Shown piece after piece: positions 1-11,500 of a stretch of DNA of 64,000 bases (position 1 is its first letter; every line of letters begins with the position of its first letter). The stretch spans positions 320,001 through 384,000 of the forward strand of contig CAWGMQ010000006.1 of assembly GCA_963823665.1 (NCBI GenBank), written 5' to 3'. The notes beneath the pieces are model-generated. The model was not told the origin of the DNA, made no database searches, and saw only the letters and a list, made by a program, of their open reading frames with translations. The DNA comes from an uncultured Planctomycetota bacterium (lineage in GTDB: Bacteria > Planctomycetota > Planctomycetia > Isosphaerales > Isosphaeraceae). A program made the position numbers and the translations under genes.

Positions 1-2281
1 TCGAAGCGATGCCCCCGAACGCGAAAGTCCCGGCGAATGTGTTGAACGAGACCAATCCACTGGCTGTGCCGGTCTCTTCGATGCCGTTCTTGTCATTGCC
101 GGAAATCACGTTTCCGAGAGGGATCACACCGCCAACCTGCGTGTTCCTGGACGTTCCTGATACCATGAGGCCGTTGCCTCCGTTGGCCACGACCGTGCTG
201 TTGTCGGCGCCGGCGCCCATGAAATTGGCCTGCACCGTCGTGTTGCTCGAGTTCGTGATGCGCAGGCCATTGCCCCCGTTGCCGCTGAGCACGTTGTAAA
301 ACACAAACGGGCTCTGCTGGAACGTGCAGCCGATCAATTGGTTGCCACTGGCCTTGACGATGGCCACGCCGTCCTGGCGGTTCCCCAGGGCCGAGTCACC
401 AGTGGCGGTCGTTCCCACGAAGTTCCCGGAGAGCAGCGTCTTTGTCGCTCCGCCGGTAATCAGCACGCCATTGGCACGATTGCCTGAGATCAGGTTTCCC
501 TGAGGCGGACGAACAATCACGGGGACCGTCGGATCGTTGCCGCCGGTTGCCTGGCCGCCGATCAAATTCGCCGAAGCACCGTCGGTGACGAGGATCCCGT
601 TCTTGGCGTTACCGCGTTTGAGCGTGCCGGTTGAATCCGTGCCGATGTCATTCATCGCGATCGTGTTGCCGCTGGCGCCGTAGAGCCCAATGCCGTTACC
701 CCCGTTGCCGCTGATGACGTTGGAGAGCTGGAAACCGGTATTCACGGTCGCCTGGTATGAAACGCTTCCTGAATCCGTGATCCCGATCCCGACGACCTGG
801 TTGCCTTCGACCGCATCGGCCGTGAGAGAGGCCTGCAAATCCGGGTCGCTCAGATTGGTCCAGACGGCCGGACCAAATGTTCCATCGGGATTGCGCCGCA
901 CCGAGGCGACGGAAGCCACCAGATCGGTGCTCGAACCTGGCTGAAGCTCATTCGCACCGAGCGTGTAGACGCCTGCTTGCGTGCTGCTTATCCCCTGAAA
1001 GTGGACCGCCAAGCTCTGATTGTTCGGATCTGTGAATGAAGTCCAGTTGGTGAACTGCCCGGTCGACGAGTCGTAGTCGACCAGATAGCCGGCAAAAGGT
1101 GGTTGGCCCGGCTGGAGAGGCGCACCATAACCACCGCAGATTGTATAGCTCGTGCCTCCGTTAAACCAGATTCCGTAAGCCGAGGTTGTCGTCGAGCCCG
1201 GATAGACGATGGGGGTCAGAATCTTGTCCTGCGAGACGCTGTAAAGAAAGGCGTGGTCCGTCTGGGCGGGGATGTCGCCACCGTTGCCGACCGCGAGGTC
1301 TCCCATTGTACTGTGAACATACGTATAAGTTACATTGGGAAAATCGATCGTCTGAAAGTTCGCGCTGTTCGATAGGTCAGCGAGTGATCCCTGGAAGATG
1401 AACCCCTGGGTTTGACCGTTGCCGGTGGTGTAACTGCCGACCAGGCGAATTTGGCCGTTGCTGAGAAGGTCGGGTCCGTACACGCTCGTGGTTGCCGCAC
1501 CCTGGTAGTTCACGGAATACGCTGTTCCGCCGCTACCGGAGATTGGCCCGTCGTACAACAGGCCGTTACTGTCCGAAGTTCCGGTGATCAGGTACTGGCC
1601 GCTCACGCCGGATGCGCGAATGCCCTGCCACCCCGACACCGGCATGCTTGTGCCGTTGCTGGTGTAAACATCGGAAGTGGGATAATAATCGACGCTCGTG
1701 ACCGGATCGGTCCGGCCGATCAAGTCGCCATGCGACGACGCGTTGATTCGAACACCATCGGCACGATTTCCCGCGATTGTCGTTCCATTCGACTGGAGGC
1801 CGATAAAATTGCCTTCCAAGGTCACGCTCGAAGCGCTCAGTGTGACGCCCGCGTTGCCGGCCCGGACGAGGGAGAGCGCGCTGAGGGTCGAACCGTCGGC
1901 GCCCTTGGCGAAGTTGAGCCCCCTGGAACCCTGAAAGTTGATGGTAAAGACGGGCGATCCGCTATAGCCGGGGGCTGTGGTGCCGTCGATCGTGACGCCA
2001 TCGGTGATCGCGGGAAGCGATGTCCGGCTGATCCGGATGGTGCCGGCGATGCCGAAGTCAATGGTGTCGGGCCCCGGTTGCTTGTTGGCCTGGATGATCG
2101 CCTGGCGGAACGAGCCGGTACCGGCACTCTTGAGGTTCGTCACTGTAAACATGGCCAGCAAGTCCCGGCTCTCGAGGACCTCGAGCCGCATGTTTGACCG
2201 GCGACGAGCGTGTCGTCTACTGCGCGCGAGTTTTGTTATGAATGGTCCTTGGAAGCGATTCACAAATCCCAGTTCCTTCAT
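1..2281 (-). CDS. Large exported parallel beta-helix repeat protein with an inserted beta-rich domain (3' end runs off the window)
   Basis: Minus strand translated by hand; open from ATG 2281 (RBS GAGGGTGA) to position 1. MKELGF...RLEVLESRDLLA export motif, FTVTN...GTGSFRQAIIQAN N-cap, repeated NVISGN/NLISGN/GNFIG beta-helix turns. Missing from the ORF track because it has no stop codon in the window. Confidence 0.85.
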   Translation of the reverse strand, partial: MKELGFVNRFQGPFITKLARSRRHARRRSNMRLEVLESRDLLAMFTVTNLKSAGTGSFRQAIIQANKQPGPDTIDFGIAGTIRISRTSLPAITDGVTIDGTTAPGYSGSPVFTINFQGSRGLNFAKGADGSTLSALSLVRAGNAGVTLSASSVTLEGNFIGLQSNGTTIAGNRADGVRINASSHGDLIGRTDPVTSVDYYPTSDVYTSNGTSMPVSGWQGIRASGVSGQYLITGTSDSNGLLYDGPISGSGGTAYSVNYQGAATTSVYGPDLLSNGQIRLVGSYTTGNGQTQGFIFQGSLADLSNSANFQTIDFPNVTYTYVHSTMGDLAVGNGGDIPAQTDHAFLYSVSQDKILTPIVYPGSTTTSAYGIWFNGGTSYTICGGYGAPLQPGQPPFAGYLVDYDSSTGQFTNWTSFTDPNNQSLAVHFQGISSTQAGVYTLGANELQPGSSTDLVASVASVRRNPDGTFGPAVWTNLSDPDLQASLTADAVEGNQVVGIGITDSGSVSYQATVNTGFQLSNVISGNGGNGIGLYGASGNTIAMNDIGTDSTGTLKRGNAKNGILVTDGASANLIGGQATGGNDPTVPVIVRPPQGNLISGNRANGVLITGGATKTLLSGNFVGTTATGDSALGNRQDGVAIVKASGNQLIGCTFQQSPFVFYNVLSGNGGNGLRITNSSNTTVQANFMGAGADNSTVVANGGNGLMVSGTSRNTQVGGVIPLGNVISGNDKNGIEETGTASGLVSFNTFAGTFAFGGIAS

Positions 2282-2629
2282 CGATCACCCTCACGTCGAT
2301 TGGGCGTTACCCGGTTTCGTTGTGGATGCGTAGGGGTGCCGTCTTCCGCGACCTGGCGTCGTCGGAGTCTCCTTGAGACGCAAGCAACCGGGGCCGAGTT
2401 CTCTCGTTCGCGGGACGGACCGGAAGCGACACGCCACGGACGAGGCCTGCGGCCTCGTCCGGTCGTTCAAGACGGCCGTGGCGGTGTTTCGCCTAATCAA
2501 GACGTAGGACAGGAACTCAAAGGAAGCAACAAACCGAGGACGGTGAGCTCGGTTCGGGCGCGTCGTGGATTAGCCACCACGGTCGAGCGGGCCTTGCCGT
2601 TTTTCGTCGTCGATTATTGTCGTCGTCGA

Positions 2630-2896
2630 TTATTGGATCTCGCGGACGGCCTCTGCTACCGCATGATCGAGTATAGAATCAACGAAGGGCGCCTGGGAGT
2701 TATTCCAATTTGACACGGCGACGAACTGATAACCAGCATTATGACCGATAACCCCGCCACCATGGATTGTCATACCGCCGTGAGAAAGCCAAGGGCGTCC
2801 TCCTGAAAAGCGGACGTGGAAGCCCTTGCTGTAATAACTCGAGCTGGCCGGATCGAAATTTGCTTGCCTGGCGTAGTGTGTGTGTTGGTTCACCAT
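2630..2896 (-). pseudogene. Possible C-terminal fragment of a serine hydrolase (beta-lactamase-like) gene
   Basis: YYSKGFHV...WLSHGG...YQFVAVSNWN resembles the HGG/C-terminal strands of class C-like serine hydrolases. There is an in-frame stop upstream and no SxxK motif. Confidence 0.3.
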
Positions 2897-3169
2897 GAAA
2901 CGGAATTCCGCGCGGGTGGTGCGAACGGATCGTGCGTGACATTGTATCACGGGATGGAAATCGCCTTCCTCACGATAGGCCGGCTATTCCGGATTGCATA
3001 CCACCTCGTTGAATGCGATGCATGTCGTACTTCTCTGTGCTCGGCGTCCCTCCGGTTCCCATTCCGTAGCGGGTACTGAGCCCACTTCCCGCAGCCGTCG
3101 AGCCACCGCCGCGCGGCGTCGGCGGATTGGGGAGTTCAACAATTCCGCTTGGTCGTTGCAATGACTCTC

Positions 3170-3205
3170 TTGCCTCGTCTGCGCATACGTTACATACTTT
3201 ATAAT
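3170..3205 (+). promoter_or_regulatory. Candidate sigma70 promoter of the lipase-CHAT-PLD gene
   Basis: TTGCCT(3170)-17 nt-CATACT(3193), plus TATAAT at 3200-3205, in a short AT-rich patch ~45 nt before ATG 3250. Confidence 0.4.
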
Positions 3206-3249
3206 CGATAAGGTTGCTCTATGTCCCACTGGGAGCGAGCGCCGTGACG

Positions 3250-6200
3250 ATGGACGAACGCGAGCTTGTTCGCGGCTTGAATGCGGCACGCACGCCGCAA
3301 CAGCTCGCAGACGTGCTGAAGAACCCCGGCCCCGACGAGGAGCGCGCGCTCCGAGCATTCCTCGGCGAAGCGAAGTTCGAGCGCCTGAGCTCGCTCGCGT
3401 ACTCGCTGAACGTGGTTCGGGGGGACGGTCCGACCGCGCCGGAGCGGAACGTAGTCGTACTACCGGGGATCATGGGGAGCGAGCTGACTGTCCTGGAGCG
3501 GGGGTGCGTATCGTTTAACCTCTGGCTCGACCTGGTGCGTATCGGGATCCAGGGCTTGGACAAGCTCAAGCTCGAGGAAAACGCGTTCGCGACCGCGGAG
3601 CCGCCGTACTCGATTGTCGCGAGCGGTCTGCTGATCAAGTACTACGGCGAGATCTTGCTGAAGCTCGGCGCGCATTGGAACGTCCGCGCCTTCCCATACG
3701 ACTGGCGGTTGGACCTCGATACGCAGGCGGCGAATTTGCTGGCATTCATTCGACTTGAGTTTGCGGGCAGGCCGGTCTCGATCGTGGCGCACTCGATGGG
3801 CGGCCTCCTCTCACGGGCCTTGATGCGGCTCGGTCCGAAGGCCGACTCCGGCGAATCGCTGGTCCGAAGGCTGGTGATGCTGGGGACGCCCAACTTCGGG
3901 TCATACGAGGTCCCGCAAATTCTCGCCGGCATCCAGGGCACGGTGAGGAAACTGATCCGCCTGACGCATCCCATCCTGTCAGTCTGGGACAGCAATCAGG
4001 CCCGACTGCGCATCCTCCAGATCCTCAGCACGTTTCCGGGCGTCTACCAGATGCTCCCGCGCAAGGGAATCGGGGCCGAGAGCCTGCAAAGATCCGAGGT
4101 TTTCCGCACGGTCAATCCGTATGCCACGCAGTCGCACATCAATCGAGGTGTGGGGTTCCTCGACTCGCTGGGGGCGGTCGTCGATCCCGAGCGGATGACG
4201 TACATCGCCGGCTACGGCTTCGAGACGATCGTCGGGTTCGACGCGAGCCTGCCGCTGGACCGGTTGAGCAGCTACTGGTCGAGCAAGGCGGGCGACGGAA
4301 CGGTTCCGCACGAGCTGGGGCTCCTCAAGGGCGTTCAAGCGTACTACGCCCCCGTCCAGCACGGCGACCTTGCCTCGGACGACGGCGTGATCGCGGCCGT
4401 CGACGAGATCCTGGACACGGGCAAGACCAAGGCTCTGTTGAAGGAGATCGTCTCCGATCAAACGCTCGAGCGGCCGACCCGTCGCGCCGTCGAAGACGAT
4501 CGGGAGTTTGCCGAGGGCGCACGCGGAGCTCGTCGAGTGGTCGCGGGCCGATCGGGGCGGATCCTCGCACATCATCGACCCGCAGGAATCCCGGCTAGCC
4601 GACGAAGTGCTTGCGGGTTGGGTGTCGGACGGCACGTCCTGGGCTCGGATGAGGAAGGACAGCGTCCAGGCGGGCGGCCTGGCCGGGGTGGTGCCTGGGC
4701 GGGTCGCCGGCTCTGCGCTTGCGCCGGTAAGAATACGCCTTAGGATTGTTCCCGGCAACATCGCCCATTGCCATGACCCGGCTGCGGTCGAGGATCGCCG
4801 GGCGGTCGACGATGTCGTCCCGATTGACGCAGTTGCTGTGGGGATCTACGAGAACGAGCGCCGGGCCTGGGGAGCGATTCAGGAGATCGACAAGTCGATC
4901 GACCCAGGTGCGCGGCCGGAGAACGGTTTGGGCGTGCTCTCGAGCTTGATCGCCCGGGGGATGGTGAGGGGGGAGCTGGGAATCCCGACACTGATCCCGG
5001 ATCCGCGCCCGCAGGGGTCGGCACCCCGCGGATCCCGGCACATCGTGCTGGTGGGCATGGGTATCGTCGGCCGTTTCGGCGCATCGGAGGCGCGGCGGAC
5101 TGCCCGCGAGACTGCATGGTACCTCGGCCGCGTCGGCAAGAAGCACTGGGCGACGCTCTTGATCGGAGCGGGGAGCGGCAACTTGAGCTCGCAGGTCGGG
5201 ATCCGCGAGACACTGAGCGGAATCGCTCGTGCCGTCAGCGAGGCCCGGTCGAGCGTTCCGCCGGCACCCATCTCGAGGTCGTCTCGATTGTCGAGCTGTA
5301 CGAGGACCGGATCCGCGATCAGCACAACGCGATCGTGGAAATGCTGAGCTCCTGGACGAAGACGGGTGCGCTCGATGACTACGGCGTCGAATTCGACTAC
5401 GAAAAGCCGACTGAGGCCCAATTGGAGGCGCACGACGAAGCCGGGATCCAGCGTCTCTGCGAGCTGGAGCGGAAGCGGATCGCGGATCGTGCGGCGACCG
5501 GGTACTCGCGAGATGCGAGCAATCCGCAGCCGACGCGGATCAGCGTCGAGCAGGTCGAGGGTTCGTTCTGGTTCAGCGCCCTGACAGAGACAGCCTCGAT
5601 CCCGCAGCGGCAGGTCGAGATCGACCCGTTGATCGTCGCGGAGCAGAACGACCTGGTGGTCGCGGCGGCGACGATGGCGGACCAGAAGAAGGCAGGGCGG
5701 ATCCTCGGCCACGAGCTGCTGCCGGCCGACTTCCGGACGCTGTTCGCATCGGGGGCACGCGTGGTGCTGGACGTCGACGCAGACATGGCGCGAATCCCCT
5801 GGGAGCTGATCGTCGTCGAGACCAGCTCGAAGCGTGACGACGACGACGACGCGTCGCGAGCTGACGACGACAACGTCGTCCTGGCCCTGGATCGGGGGTT
5901 CACGCGTCAGTTGCGCACGAAGTTCGCCGCTCCCCCCGAGCCGATGCCCACCGCGGGCCGGCTCCTCCGGGCCCTCGTGGTCGCGGACCCTGCACCCGAT
6001 GCGCCGCTCGCCGGCGCGAGGCGTTCGAGATCGTCCAGATTTTCGAGGCCTTCAACAAGCTGGGAACGGGCGACGCGGTCTCGGTCACGGCGCTGATCGG
6101 CCCCAGCGTGGCGACGAGGTCCCGGGTCCTGGGCGAGCTGCTCGACGGCTGGTACGACATCCTGCACTTCTCCGGGCACTGCTTCTTCGACCCGGCCGCG

Positions 6201-8474
6201 CCGCTGGCCTGCGGCTGGCTGTTTGCCAAGGGCAGGACGGTCGCCGATCGCCGCGTGCTCGCGGCTCGGGAGCTGCGCCGCGTCGATCGGCTGCCCAGGT
6301 TCGTCTTCTCCAACGCCTGTGAATCCGGCGTGATGCCCGGCCGCCCCGAGGGGCGTTCCAGTGGCCTGGCGCCGGCGTTTGCCGAGACATTCTTCGAACG
6401 AGGCGTCAGCAATTTCATCTGCACGGGCTGGCCGGTGGGCGATGGCGCCGCCCGGCAGTTTGCCCGGGTTTTCTACGGCGCCATGCTCGGGCTTGACCTC
6501 ACCGAAGAAAAAGGACGGTTGGTCGCGATGCGGGCGATCACCGGGCCGACGGACCTGGCCGAGGCGCTCCGCCGGGCGCGGGCGGAGGTCCAGAAGATGC
6601 GCGGCGGTCTACGGACCTGGGGCGCCTATCAACACTACGGAAATCCCTTCTCGCGATTCCTCGTGTGGTCCGCAGACGATGCAGCGGCGACGACAGCGAG
6701 CGCCGGCGGCTCGGCACCTTCGCCTTCGCCGCTCGGGCAAACCACCGGCCCTCTCGCGCCGGCGGGAGGAGGGGCGACATCGCTGCCGCCGGGCTCACGA
6801 GCCTCGTTCGCGCAGGTCCAGGACGTCCTCAGGCGACACGGAGATGAGCTCCATCGAATTCCCGGGGTTGTGGACGTCCGGCCGGGTTACCGGTTCCTGG
6901 ACAACTGGATCACGAACGAACCAGCGGTGGTGGTGGTGTTCGATGGAATGCCCGCGGCGGGGGCGATTCCGCCCGAGGTGGACGGTGTCCCGATCGACGT
7001 TGCTCCGGCCGACCCGTTCGAGCAGGTGGGCGGGGACGTCGAGCTCAGATCAATCTCCCCCGGCATCGAGCCCCAGCGTTTTCTGCTTCCGGGCGAAACT
7101 CCGACCATCGAGGAGGAGCGTGCCCTTACCGCGTACGAGGCGCCTCCGCACGCGACGCTCGACGAGGTAGTGGACGAAATGGTCGTGACCTGCCATGTGA
7201 GCCCGGACTGCGGCTGGTCCGTGCTAAGCGAGTTCCTTTCCGACGTTTCGAAGAGCTTGACGGTCGCGATGTACGACTTCACGGCCCCGCACGTGCGCGA
7301 CGCTGTGCGGGCGGCTGTCAAGCCGAGGCCCCGGTCGCTCAAGCTCGTCCTCGACCCCAAGCTCGCGCTCTCTGACGGCGGCAGCGACGATAACCCCAAG
7401 GCGGAAGACCTCCCCGAGGACGAAGTCGTTGACAGCCTGAAGCGGGCCGCCGGCACGCGTTTCGACTTCGTCTGGGCAGCCGTCTCGCTCCGGGGGAAGG
7501 TCCATGACGGGATCTTCCCGAAGGCGTATCACATCAAGGTTGCCGTGCGCGACGGCTCGAGCTTCTGGCTGTCGAGCGGCAACTGGCAGTCGTCGAATCA
7601 GCCGCCGGAGGAAGTCGTGCCGGCTGCCTCCGACGCTGGGTTCGACCTCAGGGCCGTCCTTGCGAAGTACAACCGGGAATGGCACGCGGTGGTCGAGCAC
7701 GAGGGGCTCTCGCAAGTCTTCGAGGAGTTCATCTCGTGGGATTTCGACCAGGCCAAACCGCTCCAAGACGTGGAGGACCGCGGGCTCGAGGCCGTGCGGC
7801 TTCCCGACCTGCTCGTCCCGATTGCGGAGGAGGTCGAGCGGAAGATCACCGACGCGGAGCGCCAGAAGCCGCTTCAGGTTGCGGGCAAGGTCAAGATCCA
7901 GCCCGTCCTTACCCCGGACAACTACCCGGACGTCGTCGAGCGGCTGATCCGGGAGGCGAGGAAATCAATCCGCTTTCAGAACCAGTACATCAACATCGCC
8001 GAGACGATTCCTGATGGGTTCGACCGCTTGCTCAAAGCGCTCAAGGAGAAGTGCGAGGACCCGGCGGTGGAAGTCCGGATCATCCTCCGCTCGATCGGCA
8101 ACGTCCGGAAGATGGTCGAGGCGCTCAAGGCGTACGGATTCGACGTCGCGAATCGCGACCTGTTCCGACTTCAGGCGGCGACGCACACGAAGGGGATTGT
8201 CGTGGACGACGCCCGGGTGCTGATCGGCAGCCACAACTGGTCGGGCCCCGGTACGACCCGGAATCGGGACGCCTCGCTGAAGTTCGACCACGCCGGGATC
8301 GCGAAATACTACGCTGCAGTCTTCGACCACGACTGGAAGAACCTGGCCAAGGCGCGGGTCCCGGGCCCGGGCGACATGCCCCGCGTCGCGCGCCCGACCC
8401 GCGACGCCACCACGCCGCCCGGCTTCGCCCGGATCCCGTGGGGCGCCTACTTCGAGGACGTGGACGACCTCTGA
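3250..8474 (+). CDS. Multidomain protein: LCAT/PGAP1-like alpha/beta lipase - M17-N/macro-like domain - CHAT caspase-like protease - Nal1-N-like small domain - phospholipase D (2 HKD); 3 frameshifts
   Basis: Lipase motifs LPGIMGS, AHSMGG, GDGTVP, HGDL. CHAT motifs IPWELI, LVVADP, HFSGH, FSNACESG, WGAYQHYG. PLD motifs YHIKVAVRD..SSGNW and HTKGIVVD..GSHNW. ORFs 3214, 4508, 5116 and 6108 join into one reading through shifts at ~4512, ~5258 and ~6018. Confidence 0.8.
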
Positions 8475-8573
8475 ACATGACCGTTTTCATCAGCAGCCCC
8501 GGGAGAGCGAAGTCCCGGGGCTGCCTGGCGACTCATCCTTGGCGGCCATTTATTCCACGTCCAGCGGTTGTCA

Positions 8574-11500
8574 TCAACCGCGCGGATGGTTCGATCCCAC
8601 GCGGACCGGGCTCGGAGCCGGCAGAGGAGTCAGGTCGCCCGATACCGATAGCGCGTCGATGGCCGAGGGCGACAGGGCGGTGACGACCTGAGAGCTGGCG
8701 GCGGCCGTACTGGTTTTCACGGCCGAGCTCGATCGGACTTTGACGGCCCGAGTTTTGGCGGCCGACTTTGCGGTTTCCGCGGCAATCCTTTTCTGTCGCG
8801 CAGCCATTTTCTTTTCTGCCGCTGCGAGTTTCTTCAGCTCCACGCCGGCTTTCTTGGTTTCGGCGTGAAACAGTTTCTCTTTCCTGGCCAACTCCCTCTG
8901 TTCCGCGGCGAATAACTTGGGGGATGTGGTCTGCAATTCAGTAGCCGCACCGGCGAGGATCTCCCCCGAGAACATGTTCACGTAGTTCGTGCCGGGTGTC
9001 CCGTTTCCCGCACCGTCCAGCGCAACGCCGGTTGCACTGGTGAGCCCGCCCGGAGTCGTGCCGATGACGGTGAGCTGGTAGACCATCTGGAGATTGAGTA
9101 GCTGGGAGGGAGTCAGCGTCACGGTCAAACTTGTCGGGTCGTAAACAGCCGAGGTGATGGGGATGCTGGCGCCCGTCGAATCCACAAGCTGATAGTTGTT
9201 GAGATTTTCAGCGGGCGTTGCGTCGAGCGCCGTGCTGAAGGTCAGCACGAGCGTCGTCTGTTGCATGTGGAAGCCGAAGCGCATCAGGGACACGACCGTT
9301 GGCGCCGCGGCTGCATAAGTGAACTGGTCGGCGGTTGACGTGGGCGACGTGCCGCTCGGCGTGATCACGGTCACTGATGCGACGCCCGTGCCCGCCGGGC
9401 TCGTCGCGGTGATCGAGGTGTCGCTGACCACGGTGAAGCTCTGGGCTGCTGTGGTGCCAAAGTCGACGGCAGTCGCCCCGGTGAAACCGGTGCCGGTGAT
9501 CGTCACCACCGTGCCGCCCGAGGGTGGACCGCTGGTGGGGCTCAGGGCGGTGACCGTGGGGGCGGTGACCGCATTGAATGTGAACTGATCGGCGGCTGAA
9601 GTGGCCGAGGTGCCGAGCGGCGTCGTCACGGTGACGTCCACGGTGCCGGTGCCTGCGGGGCTGGTCGCCGTGATCGAGGTGTCGTTGACCACGACAAGAT
9701 TCGTTGCGGCCGTCGTGCCGAAGTCGACCACAGTGGCGCCGGTGAATCCTGTGCCAGTGATTGTCACCGAAGTGCCGCCGGTGGCCGGACCGCTGGTCGG
9801 GCTCAGCCCGGTGACAGTGGGGGCAGTGGCCGCCGTGTAAGTAAACTGATCAGCGGGTGAAGTGGCCGAGGTGCCGAGCGGAGTTGTCACGGTGACGTCG
9901 ACGGTGCCGGTGCCCGCCGGACTGCTCGCCGTGATCATGGTGTCGTTTACCACGACGACGCCGGTGGCGGCGGTCGTACCGAAGTCGACCGCTGTGGCGC
10001 CGGTGAAACCCGTGCCGATGATCGTCACCGGAGTGCCGCCGGCGGTCGTACCGCTGGTCGGGGTGAGCCCGGTGACAGTGGGGGCAGTGGCCGCCGTGTA
10101 AGTGAACAGATCAGCGGAGGAAGTGGGCGAGGTGCCGGCCGGAGTCGTCACGGTGACGTCCACGGTGCCGGTGCCCGCTGGGCTGTTCGCCGTGATCGTG
10201 GTGTCGCTTACCACGACGACGCCGGTGGCGGCCGTCGTACCGAAGTCAACCGCTGTGGCGCCGGTGAAACCTGTGCCGGAGATGGTGACCGGAGTTCCGC
10301 CGGCGGTGGTACCGCTTGTTGGGCTCAGGCCCGTGACCGCAGGTGCGGCGTGCGCCGTGAAAGTGAACTGGTCGGCGGGTGAAGTGGCCGAAGTGCCGGC
10401 CGGAGTCGTCACGGTGACGTCCACGGTGCCGGTGCCCGCTGGGCTGTCGGCGGTGATCTTGGTGTCGTTGACCACGACGAGGGCCGTCGCTGCCGTCGTA
10501 CCGAAGTCGACGACTGTGGCGCCCGTGAAACCCGTGCCGGTGATTGTGACCGGAGTGCCGCCGGCGGCTGGGCCGCTGGTGGGGCTCAGGCTGGTGACGG
10601 CGGGCGCAGTGACCGCGGTATAGGTGTACTGATCAGCCGAAGTGGTGGGCGAGGTTCCGGCCGGAGTTGTCACGGTGACGTTCACGGTGCCAGTGCCAGC
10701 CGGGCTGTCAACGATGATCGACGTGTCGCTGACCACGTCAAGATCAGTTCCGGCCGTCGTGCCGAAGTCGACGGTCGTGGCGCCGGTGAAACCCGTACCG
10801 GTGATCGTGACCGGAGTGCCACCGGCCGCCGTACCACTGGTGGGGCTCAGACTGGTGACTGCGGGCGCAGCCGCGGTGTAGGTGAACTGGTCGGCGGGTG
10901 AAGTGGCCGAGGTGCCGGCCGGAGTCGTCACGGTGACGTCGACGGTGCCGGTGCCCGCGGGGCTGTTGGCGGTGATCTCGGTGTCGTTGACCACGACGAG
11001 GCCCGTTGCTGCAGTCGTACCGAAGTCGACGACTGTGGCGCCGGTGAAACCCGTGCCGGTGATTGTCACCGCGGTTCCGCCGGCGGCCGGACCGCTCGTG
11101 GGGCTCAGACCGCTGACCGCAGGCGCAGTGACCGCGGTATACGTGAAAAGGTCGGCGGAGGAGGTGGGCGAGGTTCCGGCGGGAGTTGTCACGGTGACGT
11201 CGACGGTGCCGGTGCCAGCCGGGCTGTCAACGGTGATCGACGTGTCGTTGGCCACGACGAGATTCGTTGCTGCCGTCGTGCCGAAATCGACGACAGTGGC
11301 GCCTGTAAAACCTGTGCCGGTGATCGTCACGGGAGTGCCACCGGCCGCCGTACCGCTGGTGGGGCTCAGGCTGCTGACTGCGGGCGCAGTGACCGCGGTG
11401 TACGTGAACTGGTCGGAGGCGGACGTGGGCGAGGTTCCGGCGGGAGTCGTCACGGTGACGTTCTCAGTGCCGGTGCCCGCGGGGCTGTCAACGATGATCG

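Noticed and set aside
4500..6030. Programmed ribosomal frameshifting in the polyprotein
   Set aside because: No canonical slippery heptamers were seen, and similar indels occur in ordinary genes (ggt, ABC ATPase).
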